Shown here piece by piece: positions 45,974 through 57,234 of a stretch of DNA of 64,000 nucleotides. The notes beneath the pieces were generated by a model. That model did not search any database. It was not told the origin of the DNA and saw nothing but the letters and a program-made list of their open reading frames with translations. Within the stretch, counting starts at the first letter, position 1, and the number at the start of each line of letters is the position of its first letter. Origin of the DNA: Takakia lepidozioides (lineage: Eukaryota; Plantae; Bryophyta); assembly GCA_030704615.1 (NCBI GenBank), contig CM060733.1, positions 62,496,001-62,560,000 on the forward strand, given 5' to 3'. The translations under genes and the position numbers were made by a program.

Positions 45974-46944
45974 CAGCGTGTCGGACTCGTCGTCACTCTG
46001 TCATTCCTGAAAATCGTGAGAACCAACATCGGAATGAAAACCACCATCCGCCACGAGCAGCGCAACCACCATCGCAACAATCGTGGAACAACAATGAAAA
46101 CAAAACAAAACCAAGTATGGAGTGCCATGGAACAACAATGAAAACAAATCCAACCAATGCCTAAGAATGACATGCACAAGCAGCCTTCTCTAGAGCTGCC
46201 GGCTTTGCACACGCATTGCAAACTATCTAAGGTTCACTCAACCAGTAACTTGCAGAAATCAACATGAAACACAATGAACAAATGAACACGAATTCCATAA
46301 GACGGGAAAACAGGGTGAAATGTTTTGAAGGCACTTCATCTGCTCAGACAATCTTCTCAGCTCAGCATGGATTTCCTTAATTCCGAGATGCAACCTGTTA
46401 TCTACAGCGAGGTGTGCACCCTGTTCTGGCAAGCAATCTGAATGCAGCAACGACCTGGCTCCTTTCTAACCACTCTGACCTTGATCATTCTTCTCAACAA
46501 CTCGTGCTTTTGCGATGCAACCATGCGCTTCCAGGGCTGCCAGGCGGAAGATGTGAAAACAAACTAAAAAAACGGAGAAACCGAAAGAGGAAGGGGTGGA
46601 ACCTGAGAGTGCTCGGCTTCAGTTGGCGCGGGCTGTGAGCAAGACAATGGAATTTCCTGCTGGAGCTTAAGTTTGGCCATGCGAGAGGTTGGACGTCGCC
46701 CGTAGTACAAAGCCTTCAGCTTCCGCCGCGGTCTGGATGTGGGTTTCTCTCAGGAGAGCCACGCCCTTCTCCACGTGGCATAAGTCCCAGCAAAAGAAAA
46801 AAGATCTCGCAGTATGTGTGCGTACATGCCTCGAATAGAAGTTCATCCAAGTTCAGGTTTCCAAGGCGTATCCGGGAAGCAAGCGCGGAAAAACCGACGG
46901 CGGAGGACCTTGTGTCGCCAGCCCGGTTCAAAACCGACGGCGGA

Positions 46945-47880
46945 GGAAAAAATCGGCGCCGAATTTCCATCCAGCGGATGAAGTATGACGCAACGAGGCC
47001 ATCCCTCCGCCCGAGCCGTTCTCATCTAGGAGACGCCGGATGGAAATCTTGCGCCGCATTTCAATCCTGCAGGTAATTCGGAGCGCGCCGGATGGAAAAC
47101 GGCGCCGAATTTCCATCTTGCAGGCAATTCGGAGCGCGGCCGGATGGAAATCCGGCGCCGAATTTCCATCCCAGAGGTAATTCGGAGCGCGGCCGGATGG
47201 AAAAACGGCGCCGGATTTCCATCAAACAGGTAACTCGGAGCGCGGCCGGATGGAAATTCGGCGCCGAATTTCCATCCGCCAGGTAAGTCGAAGTGCCGAA
47301 TTACCGTCCTGCAGGTAATTTTGAGTGTGGCCGCTTGTTTTTTTGGTCTAAAAAGACACAACCTTAAGTTTTAGACACGGTTTTCAGGGAATTCTCGACT
47401 GGTTGAGAGAAATTCCTTGCTTCTTTTCCATCCCTCGTAGTTCCTACATGGAAATTCGTTGCCAAAATTCCATCTGGCCGCGATTGCGATTAAATGCCGA
47501 ATGGAAATTCGGCGCCGGTTTTCCATCCCCTCCGCCCGAGTCGACTTTATTCCGGCGCCCCCTGTTGGATATTCGGTGCCGAATTTCCGTCCGAGGGTTG
47601 TATTGTGACGGCCAGGTGCCGGCCTCTCCCCCCGAGCCGACTGCATCCGAACGGGCCCGGATGTAAATTCGGCGCCGTTTTTCCATCCGGGGAGGTTTTT
47701 ATGTCGGCCACTTTTCGGCCTGACCCCCCGACACGACTTCCTTTGGGGGCCCGGATGGAAATTCGGCGCTGAATTTCATTCGGGGGATGTTCTCTGTCGG
47801 ACAGGTGCCGGCCTCTCCGCCCGAGTCGACTTCATCCGGGCGGCCCCTGTTGGATATTCGGTGCCGAATTTCCATCCGGG
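46945..47880. promoter_or_regulatory. Array of GGATGGAAATTCGGCGCCGAATTTCCATCC palindromes between the divergent cargo and transposase genes
   Basis: About 53-bp period at ~47038-47278; perfect 32-bp palindrome at 47247-47278; further copies to ~47878. The regulatory role is inferred from position. Confidence 0.7.
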
Positions 47881-48099
47881 GGTTGTAATGTGACGGCCCG
47901 GTGCCGGCTTCTCCCTTCAGCCGACATCATCCGGGCGGCCCCCCACTTTCTGACTGCATACCGTTGGTAGTTATTGCGCAAAGACCAGGGGCCGCATTCC
48001 GGAGACAATGTTCATTAACAGGACTGTGGATTTTTGAGATAGTTGGCTCCCTGGATTTGGATGAGGCTTCGTCGCTCGGACAAATCGGCACCGCATTCC

Positions 48100-50803
48100 T
48101 TCCCATCGGTGCATCCCCCTTCTACCAGGGAGCTTGCCCGCACGCCATCCTGGCAGTCTTGTGTGCACATCTCCCATGGCGGAAAACCCGAGCGCTACAG
48201 TGTACTGCCCTCCTCACGAGCATAGAGCTTCATTTCCGTGCAGGGGACATCTGCCGTGTGATGGAGAAATATCTGTGCGTTCGATACCACCTGAAACCGG
48301 GGGTCGGTTTTTTTGGAGGAGGAAAGGAAGGACTCAAACGCGTTGTTGTCGAGAGTATTGTTGTGCTCCACGATGATTTCGGCGATGGCAGGGAATGGCG
48401 AGTTCCACCATCGGACAACGTCACATACAGGGCGGTTGGGGACTTCATTTGCCCACCAAATGCACCTTCTAACCTGGCGCCTTCCACGAAACAATCCGCG
48501 AATCAGAGAGTGGGTACCTCAAAGAGAGAAGTCCGCAACGAAGTAAATCCAGAGCCCAACCCATCAATGAAGACGAGCGAGAACCGGGTTGTTCACAACC
48601 TGTCCGACTCCGACGAGGTCATGGAAGTTCCGAGATCATCCTGGAGATCAGGCAAGTCCTCAATGGACGTCAGTGGACGAGGGAGTCATATTCCCAGCAC
48701 GAGCACCGCAGTTCGATCCATTCTTGAAATTCTGCGAGGGGCTTCACATGGATGGACACCGCTTGGAGCTGGCCAGGCTGGACTACAACAAGTTCGCAAT
48801 TAAATCGGTTACATGCCTTCCCGCAGACGTCGACGGTAATATCTTCTTTGAGTTCCCTCCTCGGACGGACTACTCGAGGGCGTCCGGAATGTTGACAGAT
48901 ATGGATAGAAAACATGACGGTCATCCTTGGTGCGTCACCAAAACCACCAGCATGAAGATGCTCGATGGTGTGCGGGTGCGCTACGTTGTTTGTGCGGGCG
49001 CGTTGCGGTGTTTCTCCCCAACTTGCTTCCATTTTAAATCTAGAGGTCACAGGAACGAGACCGATTGGACAGGCACAGCTCATCAACCATTTCGAGCTCA
49101 GGAGAAGGTTCCGAACTCCACATTTAAGTGTGCGCATTGCAAAAACCACCACACTGCATGTCTGTTTGTAATGCCAAGCAGTTCTATGTGTTGCACCGTT
49201 TCCCTGACCTCACCCGAGCTTGCATACACGTTGGTTCCCATTGTCACAAATTGGCGAGGGGGGACTCACGGGAGGCTGCCCACGAGGCAGAGCAGCTCGT
49301 TCAGGAGGAGGTTAAGTTGAGACCGGGTGCCAAACCCAAACAGATACAGCTCCAAGCCGCCCATAAGATGGCATTGGCCAGAATTATGTCGGAAGACGGC
49401 TCCGATAGAGTTCCTCTCGATGAGAAGGAAATGGAGGCATTGCTGGAGTCGGTGTCCCACGTCTGTTCACCGAATGTCCGAAACCACATTGTCTCATGCA
49501 AACAGAAAATTGGGCGTGGCTCGGATATGCACTCCATTCTAGAGGTGAAGCGACGATGTGGATATGACTACATTCATGGAAGTAGGTTTCCAGGACAAGG
49601 GACTGAGGCAGATCGTTGTTTCGTATTCAAAATGTCCACGTGTGGACCTGGCAGCGGCGTGGTCGACAGGATGACGAGTGGGGACTTGTCAAACAGTTGG
49701 GTCATGTTCGACCATATCAAGCGAATTACAAATCACCAGTGGGTGACAATGGGTGCACATGTCTACGACACCCACTGTAGGATGCTAATGACAATTGCTA
49801 TTTGTGAAATGAAGGAGAGGACACACAATCGAGATGCTTCTTTGGCAAGGGAATAAACGAATAGATGGCCAAGGCGGGATTGCCCCCTCCGAATTTCCGT
49901 TTTTCATGGCGGACAACGCACAAGCAAATTGGGTTGTCATCCGAAGGGTGTACGGGCAAGACCCAATGTTCCCATGGAAGGCAAGGAGAGATCTTGTGGG
50001 TTCCATTTTCTGCAGAGCCTTTCGCAGTACATAACCAGGCTCGTGGTGCCAGATTTCAGAGAGGAGCACCGTTCCATGTGTCTTGCGTGGAAGCGCGCTC
50101 CCACCTTGGATGATGCAGAGACACAGTTTGCATGTATACGGGCTTGGTGGACATCGTCAGTTGCTGTAAGGAAATCAGACGAGGGAGCAATGGTCAGTTG
50201 GCTAGCATGGTGGCATTATCGTTTCCTCCAGTTTGGCGACTATATGCGGGAGGTGAGTTGCACGAATTCGCGTCCCATTGAATATTATTCTTGGCATTAT
50301 TTGTAACTTGCTTGTAACCTCAACATGTGCTTGTGTAGGAAATGTGTCTCGACTCCGACACCGACATGCCCACGACAAACATGGCCGAATCAGTGCATTC
50401 TTCCTGGCGTGCCTCCTCTGCGGCGCATCTGGTGGACATCCTCACTGCCACAACGGAGGACATTGTGAGGTCAATTATGCAGCAATGCAGGTACAACGAG
50501 TTCTTGAAAGGGAAACAATGGGGCTTAGGGCCGGACAGGCAGTAAATGCTGATGCGGACTGCCTCCAGATCAAAGAATCCTCGGAAGTGGGCGGCGGCCT
50601 TGCGAGAGGGCCTTCGGGACACGCAATTGTTGCGAAGAGGCCAACATTTGGAAGGAGATGTTCATACCCGTCCAGTGAGACGAAGACTTGACGAGGCACC
50701 TGGCGGGGAAGAGGATTCATGGCGAGCTGACAAGAATATTTGCACGCTCCCTCGTGGTCCCGTGATGTTGCCCGAGGAGGTCTCGTCGAGCACCGCAAGT
50801 CCT
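48100..50803 (+). pseudogene. Family-B MULE transposase (GCM-like domain plus DDE), frameshifted, cut at 50803 by the inversion
   Basis: MDRKHDGHPWC..YVVCAGALRC..C..CAHC..C..CIHVGSHCH; WVMFDH; FMADNAQAN; CGFH; intron ~50253-50338; TNMAESVH. Start position is approximate. Confidence 0.85.
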
Positions 50804-51016
50804 GCCATATGCATCTCAGGGCTGAGTCTGATGAGAGGGCAAAACAGGTTGAAATAGGTCGAAAAAGAACCCATAGAGGATTTGACCGACCATCAACCCA
50901 AAAAGACCTCTTGTGTGTGCTGCTTGTGTCTTGTAGTAAGGTAATGTCGGATTGGTCTGTGAGAACCACCACGGTGCAGCTGAGCAGGCAGAGATTGAAA
51001 CACGGTCTGCTAAGAC

Positions 51017-51580
51017 GAGGTTAGCTATTTCATGAGCATGAGCGGCATGAGCGGCATGAGCGGAGTAGCAAGACAATCGGTTTTCATGAGCAGAAGTACA
51101 AATTTTGAAAATAAAAAACATTATAAAACATTAATTTAATGCAATGTGTCAGAAAAATCAAATATATTATTCGGCACCTTGAAGGGAAAATTGTAGTTTT
51201 GAGAGTTGTGCTCATGATATTTCGTCTTCCGCTCATGCCAATTCCCAGCAACATGTGCATAAATGGCGCCGAATTTCACGGTAATAAGGTCCGTAACCGG
51301 AAAGAACCGCGACGTATTTCGCGGTAATAGGTCTCTCTGGCGAAAAATGGTGCCGAATTCCGCGGCTATAGGTCCCCTCAGGACAGGTGTGTAAGCCCAA
51401 AATTTGGAAATGTGGCGCCGAATTTCGGTACATGGTGCCGGGGATTGCACAGATGTTGGGCAGTTCTGGGCCATGTAACTGGAAATTCGGCGCCATTTTT
51501 CTAGACACAGGGGTACCAGTGCATGTTGGGACTTAGCCAATTTTCGGCCCAAAATAGAGAAATTCGGCGCCATTTTTCCA
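51017..51580 (-). repeat. Right TIR and subterminal GGCGCC palindrome cluster (inverted)
   Basis: Reverse complement of ~18710-19323; (CATGAGCGG)n next to the terminus. Confidence 0.85.
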
Positions 51581-51736
51581 GAAATGGCCCCACAACTGCT
51601 TCTGTTGGATCTCAGTTTGAATGGAATATTGCCTCATTCCAGGAGTTTTGAGGTGCATTTCATTACACTGCAAAAAAAAGTCTGATACATGAAAATGCAA
51701 TTGAAAATATCCATATGGAGGATTCCCTTTGCCCCA

Positions 51737-52552
51737 TCAATGATTTCTGGAATCCCTAAGGAGGAGTTTGTGCAGCTCGTTCACGCTCAACGCCAGTGCA
51801 TGAATAAAGTCATCAATAGTCACGTTCATCCTCAACCTCTTCAGGTAAATGTAATACAGATGCTTGCACGGATAATACTTTGAACCCTTCTTTGCTTCCA
51901 TCAACGAGAAGTCCGTACAATTGCAAGTCGGCTCCACTCCAATCGTAATTGTGTATACATCGTCGCGTACAGCCGAGCCGGCCGTTGCCATCCGATAAAC
52001 ACGCCCAAGGCCGGGTGGAGGTACGTCCACGGAGCTCTGAATAGTGCAAGCCATCCCAAGAGCATTGGCAATCCGAGTCTCATTCAACTTGTTGGGAGGG
52101 TGTCGTCTCTTCACTCTTCCGAATCGCATTGTGGGATGTGCAGAATTGTCCAATCCGTCTCTACTGGACCGAGCAGTCTGCAATGGCCGGGTCTGATGAA
52201 CTGGAAATGCATGGGCCGGGACGTCTGTGCGTTGCACCATTCGAAATCCTGCTGCAGATAGAGCATCCGCCTCATTCTGAGAGAGGCTACAACCCGGTGC
52301 AACAGGTCAGACGCCCGGAGGCTTCGGCATTCCCTGAATCCCGTACTTGGGCTTGCCAAATACACAGGTCATTATGTCGTGCCTACAGAACCAAAACATC
52401 TGCGTTGTGGCGTGAGCAAATGTGGGAGTAAAAAATCTGCCGCTGAAACAAGGTGCTCCACAATGGGTATGTTGTATTGCGTTACTACAGATGGCTCGTT
52501 ATGTTCCTTGGCACGTGCCCTGTGCTCAAAGGAGATGGCGATCTTGTAAGTT
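51737..52552 (-). pseudogene. C-terminal SWIM part of the family-B transposase (inverted segment)
   Basis: CNCTDF..YYPCKHLYY; colinear with 17543-18483. Confidence 0.85.
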
Positions 52553-52949
52553 AGCTCGTTGCTCATTGATAAGTAGGGTTGGGGGTGTTTGCGGGAATGA
52601 TTGCTGTATGCATGATTTTGTGCAGAGGCATAGATAGCTGAAAGAGCAAGGATAGAGTGTGGGTCCAAATTCATCGCAGAGGGCTAGATTTCAAGCTCCA
52701 GATTACCTATGATTCCATGTGGAAGGATAGATACAAGAAACCTGCATGGGTAGATGGTCAATTAAAAGCCGCAGCAGCAGCGGCACAATTGATAAAATCA
52801 AGCACTGCTAATGAAGGCACCTTCTGAAACACATTTCACCCTATTTTCCCCTCTTATCAGAATCGGTCCTAAATTTTCATGTTGAATTCTGCAAGTTAGC
52901 TGGTTGAGTGAACTAGTTGGAGTGACTTTGACATGATACTGCCAATGTG

Positions 52950-54020
52950 ACAAGAGTATGCATTGAACCCATTGGTAGCGGGATATTGGGATATCTCTTG
53001 GCCATGTGCCATCGTCAAAGCTGACATTGTACTAGTTGTCATTCTGACCACTGCCCTAGTGGACTCAAATGTGGGTGCAGCAAGCCTGATGCAAAGGGAG
53101 AGTTCGACAACATGGCTAAATGAGATGTGCTGTTGTGGACTGCCATGATTGTAAGGTGTGTGTAGCATAGGTGTGGGAGTAAGGCTTTGGAAACCTAAGA
53201 ACAAATGATGTGGGAAAGGATGAAGCCAAACCAGGTCATGTTCATTTGTGTTTGTTAATATGCATATGCGAGCCTAGCAGCCCTGGGAAGGGGCCAAGAG
53301 GTTCATGGTGACATCATCAAAGCTGGAATTGTACCTGATGTCATTCTGAACATTCCCTTGGTGTACATGTATGTCAAATGCGAGCCTGGTAGCCCTGGAA
53401 AGGACGCAAAGGTCCATCATCAAATCTGGAATTGTACCTCTAGATGTCACTCTTTACACTGCCTTGGTGGATATGTATGTCAAATGCAAGCCTGGCAGCC
53501 CTGGAAGGGTACAAAGGTCCACGGTGATATTGTCAAAGCTGGTATTGTATCTGATGTGATTCTGAACGTTGCCATAGTGGACATGTATGCCAAGGTTGCA
53601 AGGTGCAACTATAAGGATACATGGCTGTTTTGATAATATGGCTGAATGAGATGTGGTACCAGCCTAGCCCATAATTGCACTTAACTAGAGTAGGCAATGA
53701 GTGAAGACGGGGTTTGTGATGACATCGTCCAAGCTGGAATTAAGCAAATGTTGTTCTGAACTATGCCCTTGTGGACTTGTATGCCAAATTGGGGTGCATG
53801 GAGGATGATGATCCCAGGATATGCACAACAGCGGCGCGGGATGGAGGCCCTTTGGAGAGGTCTATGAGCAAGTGGTGTGGGAAGGGATACTGCAGCGCAA
53901 CCACATCACGTTTGTTACGTTTGCAACATGTGTGCGAGCCTGGCAGCCCTGCAAAATGGCAAAGAGGTTCGTGGTAACATCATCCAAGCTGGAATTGTAC
54001 TAGATGTCGATCTGAAGTTT
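52950..54020 (+). pseudogene. Degenerate PLS-class pentatricopeptide-repeat gene fragments
   Basis: Repeated HGDI(I/V)KAGIVxDVILN.ALVDMYxKCG, MKPNQVMF and NHITFV motifs broken by stops and frameshifts. Confidence 0.8.
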
Positions 54021-54059
54021 GACATGATACTGCCAATGTGACAATAGGAAAGTATCCAG

Positions 54060-55120
54060 AAACAGGTCACAGAGACGAGGAGAAGTTGTGGAATGAATAC
54101 TTTTCCAACCCCAGTCAATGGTGGGACAACCGAGGGAAAAAGGTTTTTCTTGGTTATGATCTGTATCTTGTGCTTCCCATTATGCACAGTCAGTAACTGG
54201 GAATTCTAATCATGGAACATCTTGGCCTGTTTCAGCCATGGTCGTCCTAGCAATAATGAATATGCTTCCATGACATCATCAATCTTCAACACAATTATTG
54301 TGATCTTGAAAACCATCTTTTGAATCTGTATTTTTACTCCTCTTATCAAGCCCAATGGCTATACACTTCTTTGATCTGCCATTGTTACTGTGAATGGGGC
54401 TGGTATCAATGTTATTAAGACCAAGCTTATGCCTTAATTGGTCTGTCATGATATTCACTCCTAAGCCTCCTGCGAAGCCAGTCCAAGACTTCATGGCATG
54501 GTTATATCCACTAGGTCTACCATAGTTACCCTGGTCATTGTTCCTTCTAGGCTGGGTTGCACTTGATGCACTCTCACCTGCCTATTTTCCTTTGTACCTG
54601 CCTTTCTGTTGTAAAACAATTCTCAGTAGAATGGTCATCCATTTTACAGATAGGACAATGTTTCTCCTTGATGTGGCATTTGGCTGTGGTATGGCCTTCA
54701 TTTTTGGCATTTTGAACACCAGACACCCTTCCTCCATTGTACTACAGCTTCTGTAGCATACTACTTCAAGATATCTTCCAATCTTCTCTCATAGTTAACT
54801 TTCTTTAACTTTTCATTCTTCTTGGACTTTTTTCTTGTCATCTTGTTCCTCTTCCTCATCTGAATCATCTTCAGAGTCGTCATCATCCTTTTTATCCTTC
54901 CTGAGCATTTTTCCTTGCTCAATTCTGTTGGCTGTTTCAAATGCCTCTTCCACTGTATTATGTGGTAACATATCCACTTTCTTTTGTAACTTTGGTCTCA
55001 AATCATTTACGAACCAAACCTTTTGTAAACTTGCAGGTGGCACATCAGCCAGTTTCCTGACCATTAATTCCATCTTTTCAAGATATTCCTCAACAGTTTC
55101 ATGCTTCTTCTATCTCAACT
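54060..55120 (-). mobile_element. Gypsy gag-protease remnant
   Basis: KVWFVNDLRPKLQKKV..TVEEAFETANRIE (gag); GLGVNIMTDQLRHKLGL (protease-like). Confidence 0.65.
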
Positions 55121-56252
55121 CACTACAACAGATTGCGGCTTATACAACTCCCATGGTTGCGCAGTCATGACAAATTTGTGGCAGAAATGTTTGCAGTCGT
55201 AAATGCCTTTGCAGTCATAACCAAGGTCTTGGGAAGGCGTATATGCGACTGCATGACTCCGGACTTTGCGCAACACAGGTCAAACATGTTTGACCACAAA
55301 TATGGCTATGGCGGATATGACTACTAGTCACGGTCATGGCTACACTGGAATGACGTGTGCATAATGCTAGACGAACATATGACTTCATGACTCTCACTCT
55401 AATGCATTTTGCTAGATCATCACATGGATGAATCACTATATGAGTGCACGTGTCGACACATGCTTTTCTGGTTATATATATAATATATGAGTATTTATAT
55501 TTTGAAAAAACGGAGACTCTGACCACTAGAATGAATTAAAAAAAAAAACAAAGTGCAAAAGATTAAAAAAAAAACACGTCGACTGGTAAATGCACAGTGT
55601 GTTGCCCTGGTGGTTCGGGGTTCAAACCCGCTGCCCTATCCCGTGTGTGGGATTGTTCGTGATGGTATGTCTGGGCGTTGATCGTCCTGTAGGTCTCATT
55701 CCCCCTCCTCAAGGGCCTGAGGTTTCCTTTAAAACAATAAAAAAAAAGAAAAATCAAAAAGTTGCTTATAGGGTTTGCAAAAAGGTTAAAAAACTTAAAA
55801 AGTTTAGGGTCGCGGTAGCTATGAACAGACTTAGAGCGAGCGGGAGGGAGAGAGAGAGGGCTATTACTTAGGGCGAGCGAGATGGAGGGAGGGAGAGAGA
55901 GAGGGCTATGACTTAGAGCGAGCGAGCGGGATGGAGAGAGAGGCTGGGACTTAGAGCGAGCGAGCGGGAGGGAGGGCAAACATGCATGGGAGACCCGCAG
56001 TTGGAGCAACCTTCGCATCTGAAGCAAGCAACCCTAGAAACGCTAGGGGATGTGTGCAAGGAGGTTTCGGCTGGGAGCTCGTAGTTATTGGGAGAATCAG
56101 CTTGGTCTTAGCAGGCCGTGTTGCAATCTCTACCTGCTCAGGTGCACCGTGGTTGTTCACACAGACCAATCCGACATTACCTGACTACAGACACAAGTAG
56201 CACACACAAGAGGTCCTCTTGGGTTCATGGTCAGTCAAATCCTCCATGGGTC
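55121..56252 (+). mobile_element. CACTA element left end, second copy
   Basis: CACTACAACAGATTGCGG at 55121; colinear with 38836-39990; contains the empty MULE target site at ~56105. Confidence 0.75.
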
Positions 56253-56259
56253 AATAAAA

Positions 56260-57230
56260 ATAAATTCTACTCTGATCTCATTGCGCATTTGCCCTCGAAA
56301 TTGTTGCTCCTCAACTGAAGAGGGCTCCATCACACTTGTTCTAGCATTCACATGTAACATACCCAACTCGTGTAGTTTCCATGCGATGCCAATACATCAG
56401 TACATCAGTCAACTCTTCAGTACATCAGTCAACTCTGTTCTTCCAATTTTCAATTGGATCACTGGCATGGAGTCATCAAAGTCCATGACAGCTTCTTGCC
56501 CTTCAGGCTTCACATTATAGCTTGTCACCTTGCTGCACAGGTCTGTACTTTCTGTTACATGAGCAATCTGATTGATTGCTTGATACAGCCTATGTCTGCA
56601 GTGGGGTGCTACGACCAATAGTTGCCCAATTGTAATCGATGCTTTGGATTGGCATATTACTTCAGCCAACGCTCTTTCAGTATTCAACACCTATGAAGCA
56701 TCATGCTTCAATGTTTCCTCATTTTCATCTTCTTCATCATCTTCTTCAGAGTCTGATGACTCTGCTATAGGGATATTTGTCTCTTTCTGCATTTCCCTTA
56801 TAATTTCTGCCACTTCCTTGTGCTATTCCTTCTCTTCGCTCCAGGCCTCATCATCTGAGGCACATCACTGTCATCCTCATTATCCTCTTCATCTTCATCT
56901 ACAGAAGGCAATAACTTAGCCTTACTTCTGGTAACTATCATGGTACTCACTTCTGGTACATGACATGACATTACCATGTGTGCTACCACTACTGGGCCTT
57001 CATTTGCAGGAATTCTCATCTCATCCTGATGTCTTGTCCAGAAGGAATAGGCTGCTTTGCGATGTCCTGGTTGGTTACAATAGTAACACACTTCTTCACC
57101 ATTGGGTCCTCGCCCTTGGTTAGTTCTGGGATTATTTATATAATCCTGATTCCCTGGCTGATAATTCCCCCTTGGATTACCCTGATAGTTGCCTCTTGGA
57201 TTGCCTTGGTAATTCCTCTGGGATCTTCTT
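56260..57230 (-). mobile_element. Gypsy gag C-terminus/protease remnant
   Basis: CYYCNQPGH knuckle, MIVTRSKAK, ITIGQLLVVAPHCR. Confidence 0.7.
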
Positions 57231-57234
57231 CCGA

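Larger units (their letters stand above)
40294..52552. mobile_element. Near full-length family-B Mutator-like transposon (~12 kb); right end inverted
   Basis: Left TIR GGGGGCTGCTATTTCATGAGC at 40294; right TIR GAGGTTAGCTATTTCATGAGC at 51017 (inside inversion 50804-52552); TSD GTCTTAGC at 40286-40293 and as reverse complement at 51009-51016. Confidence 0.88.
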
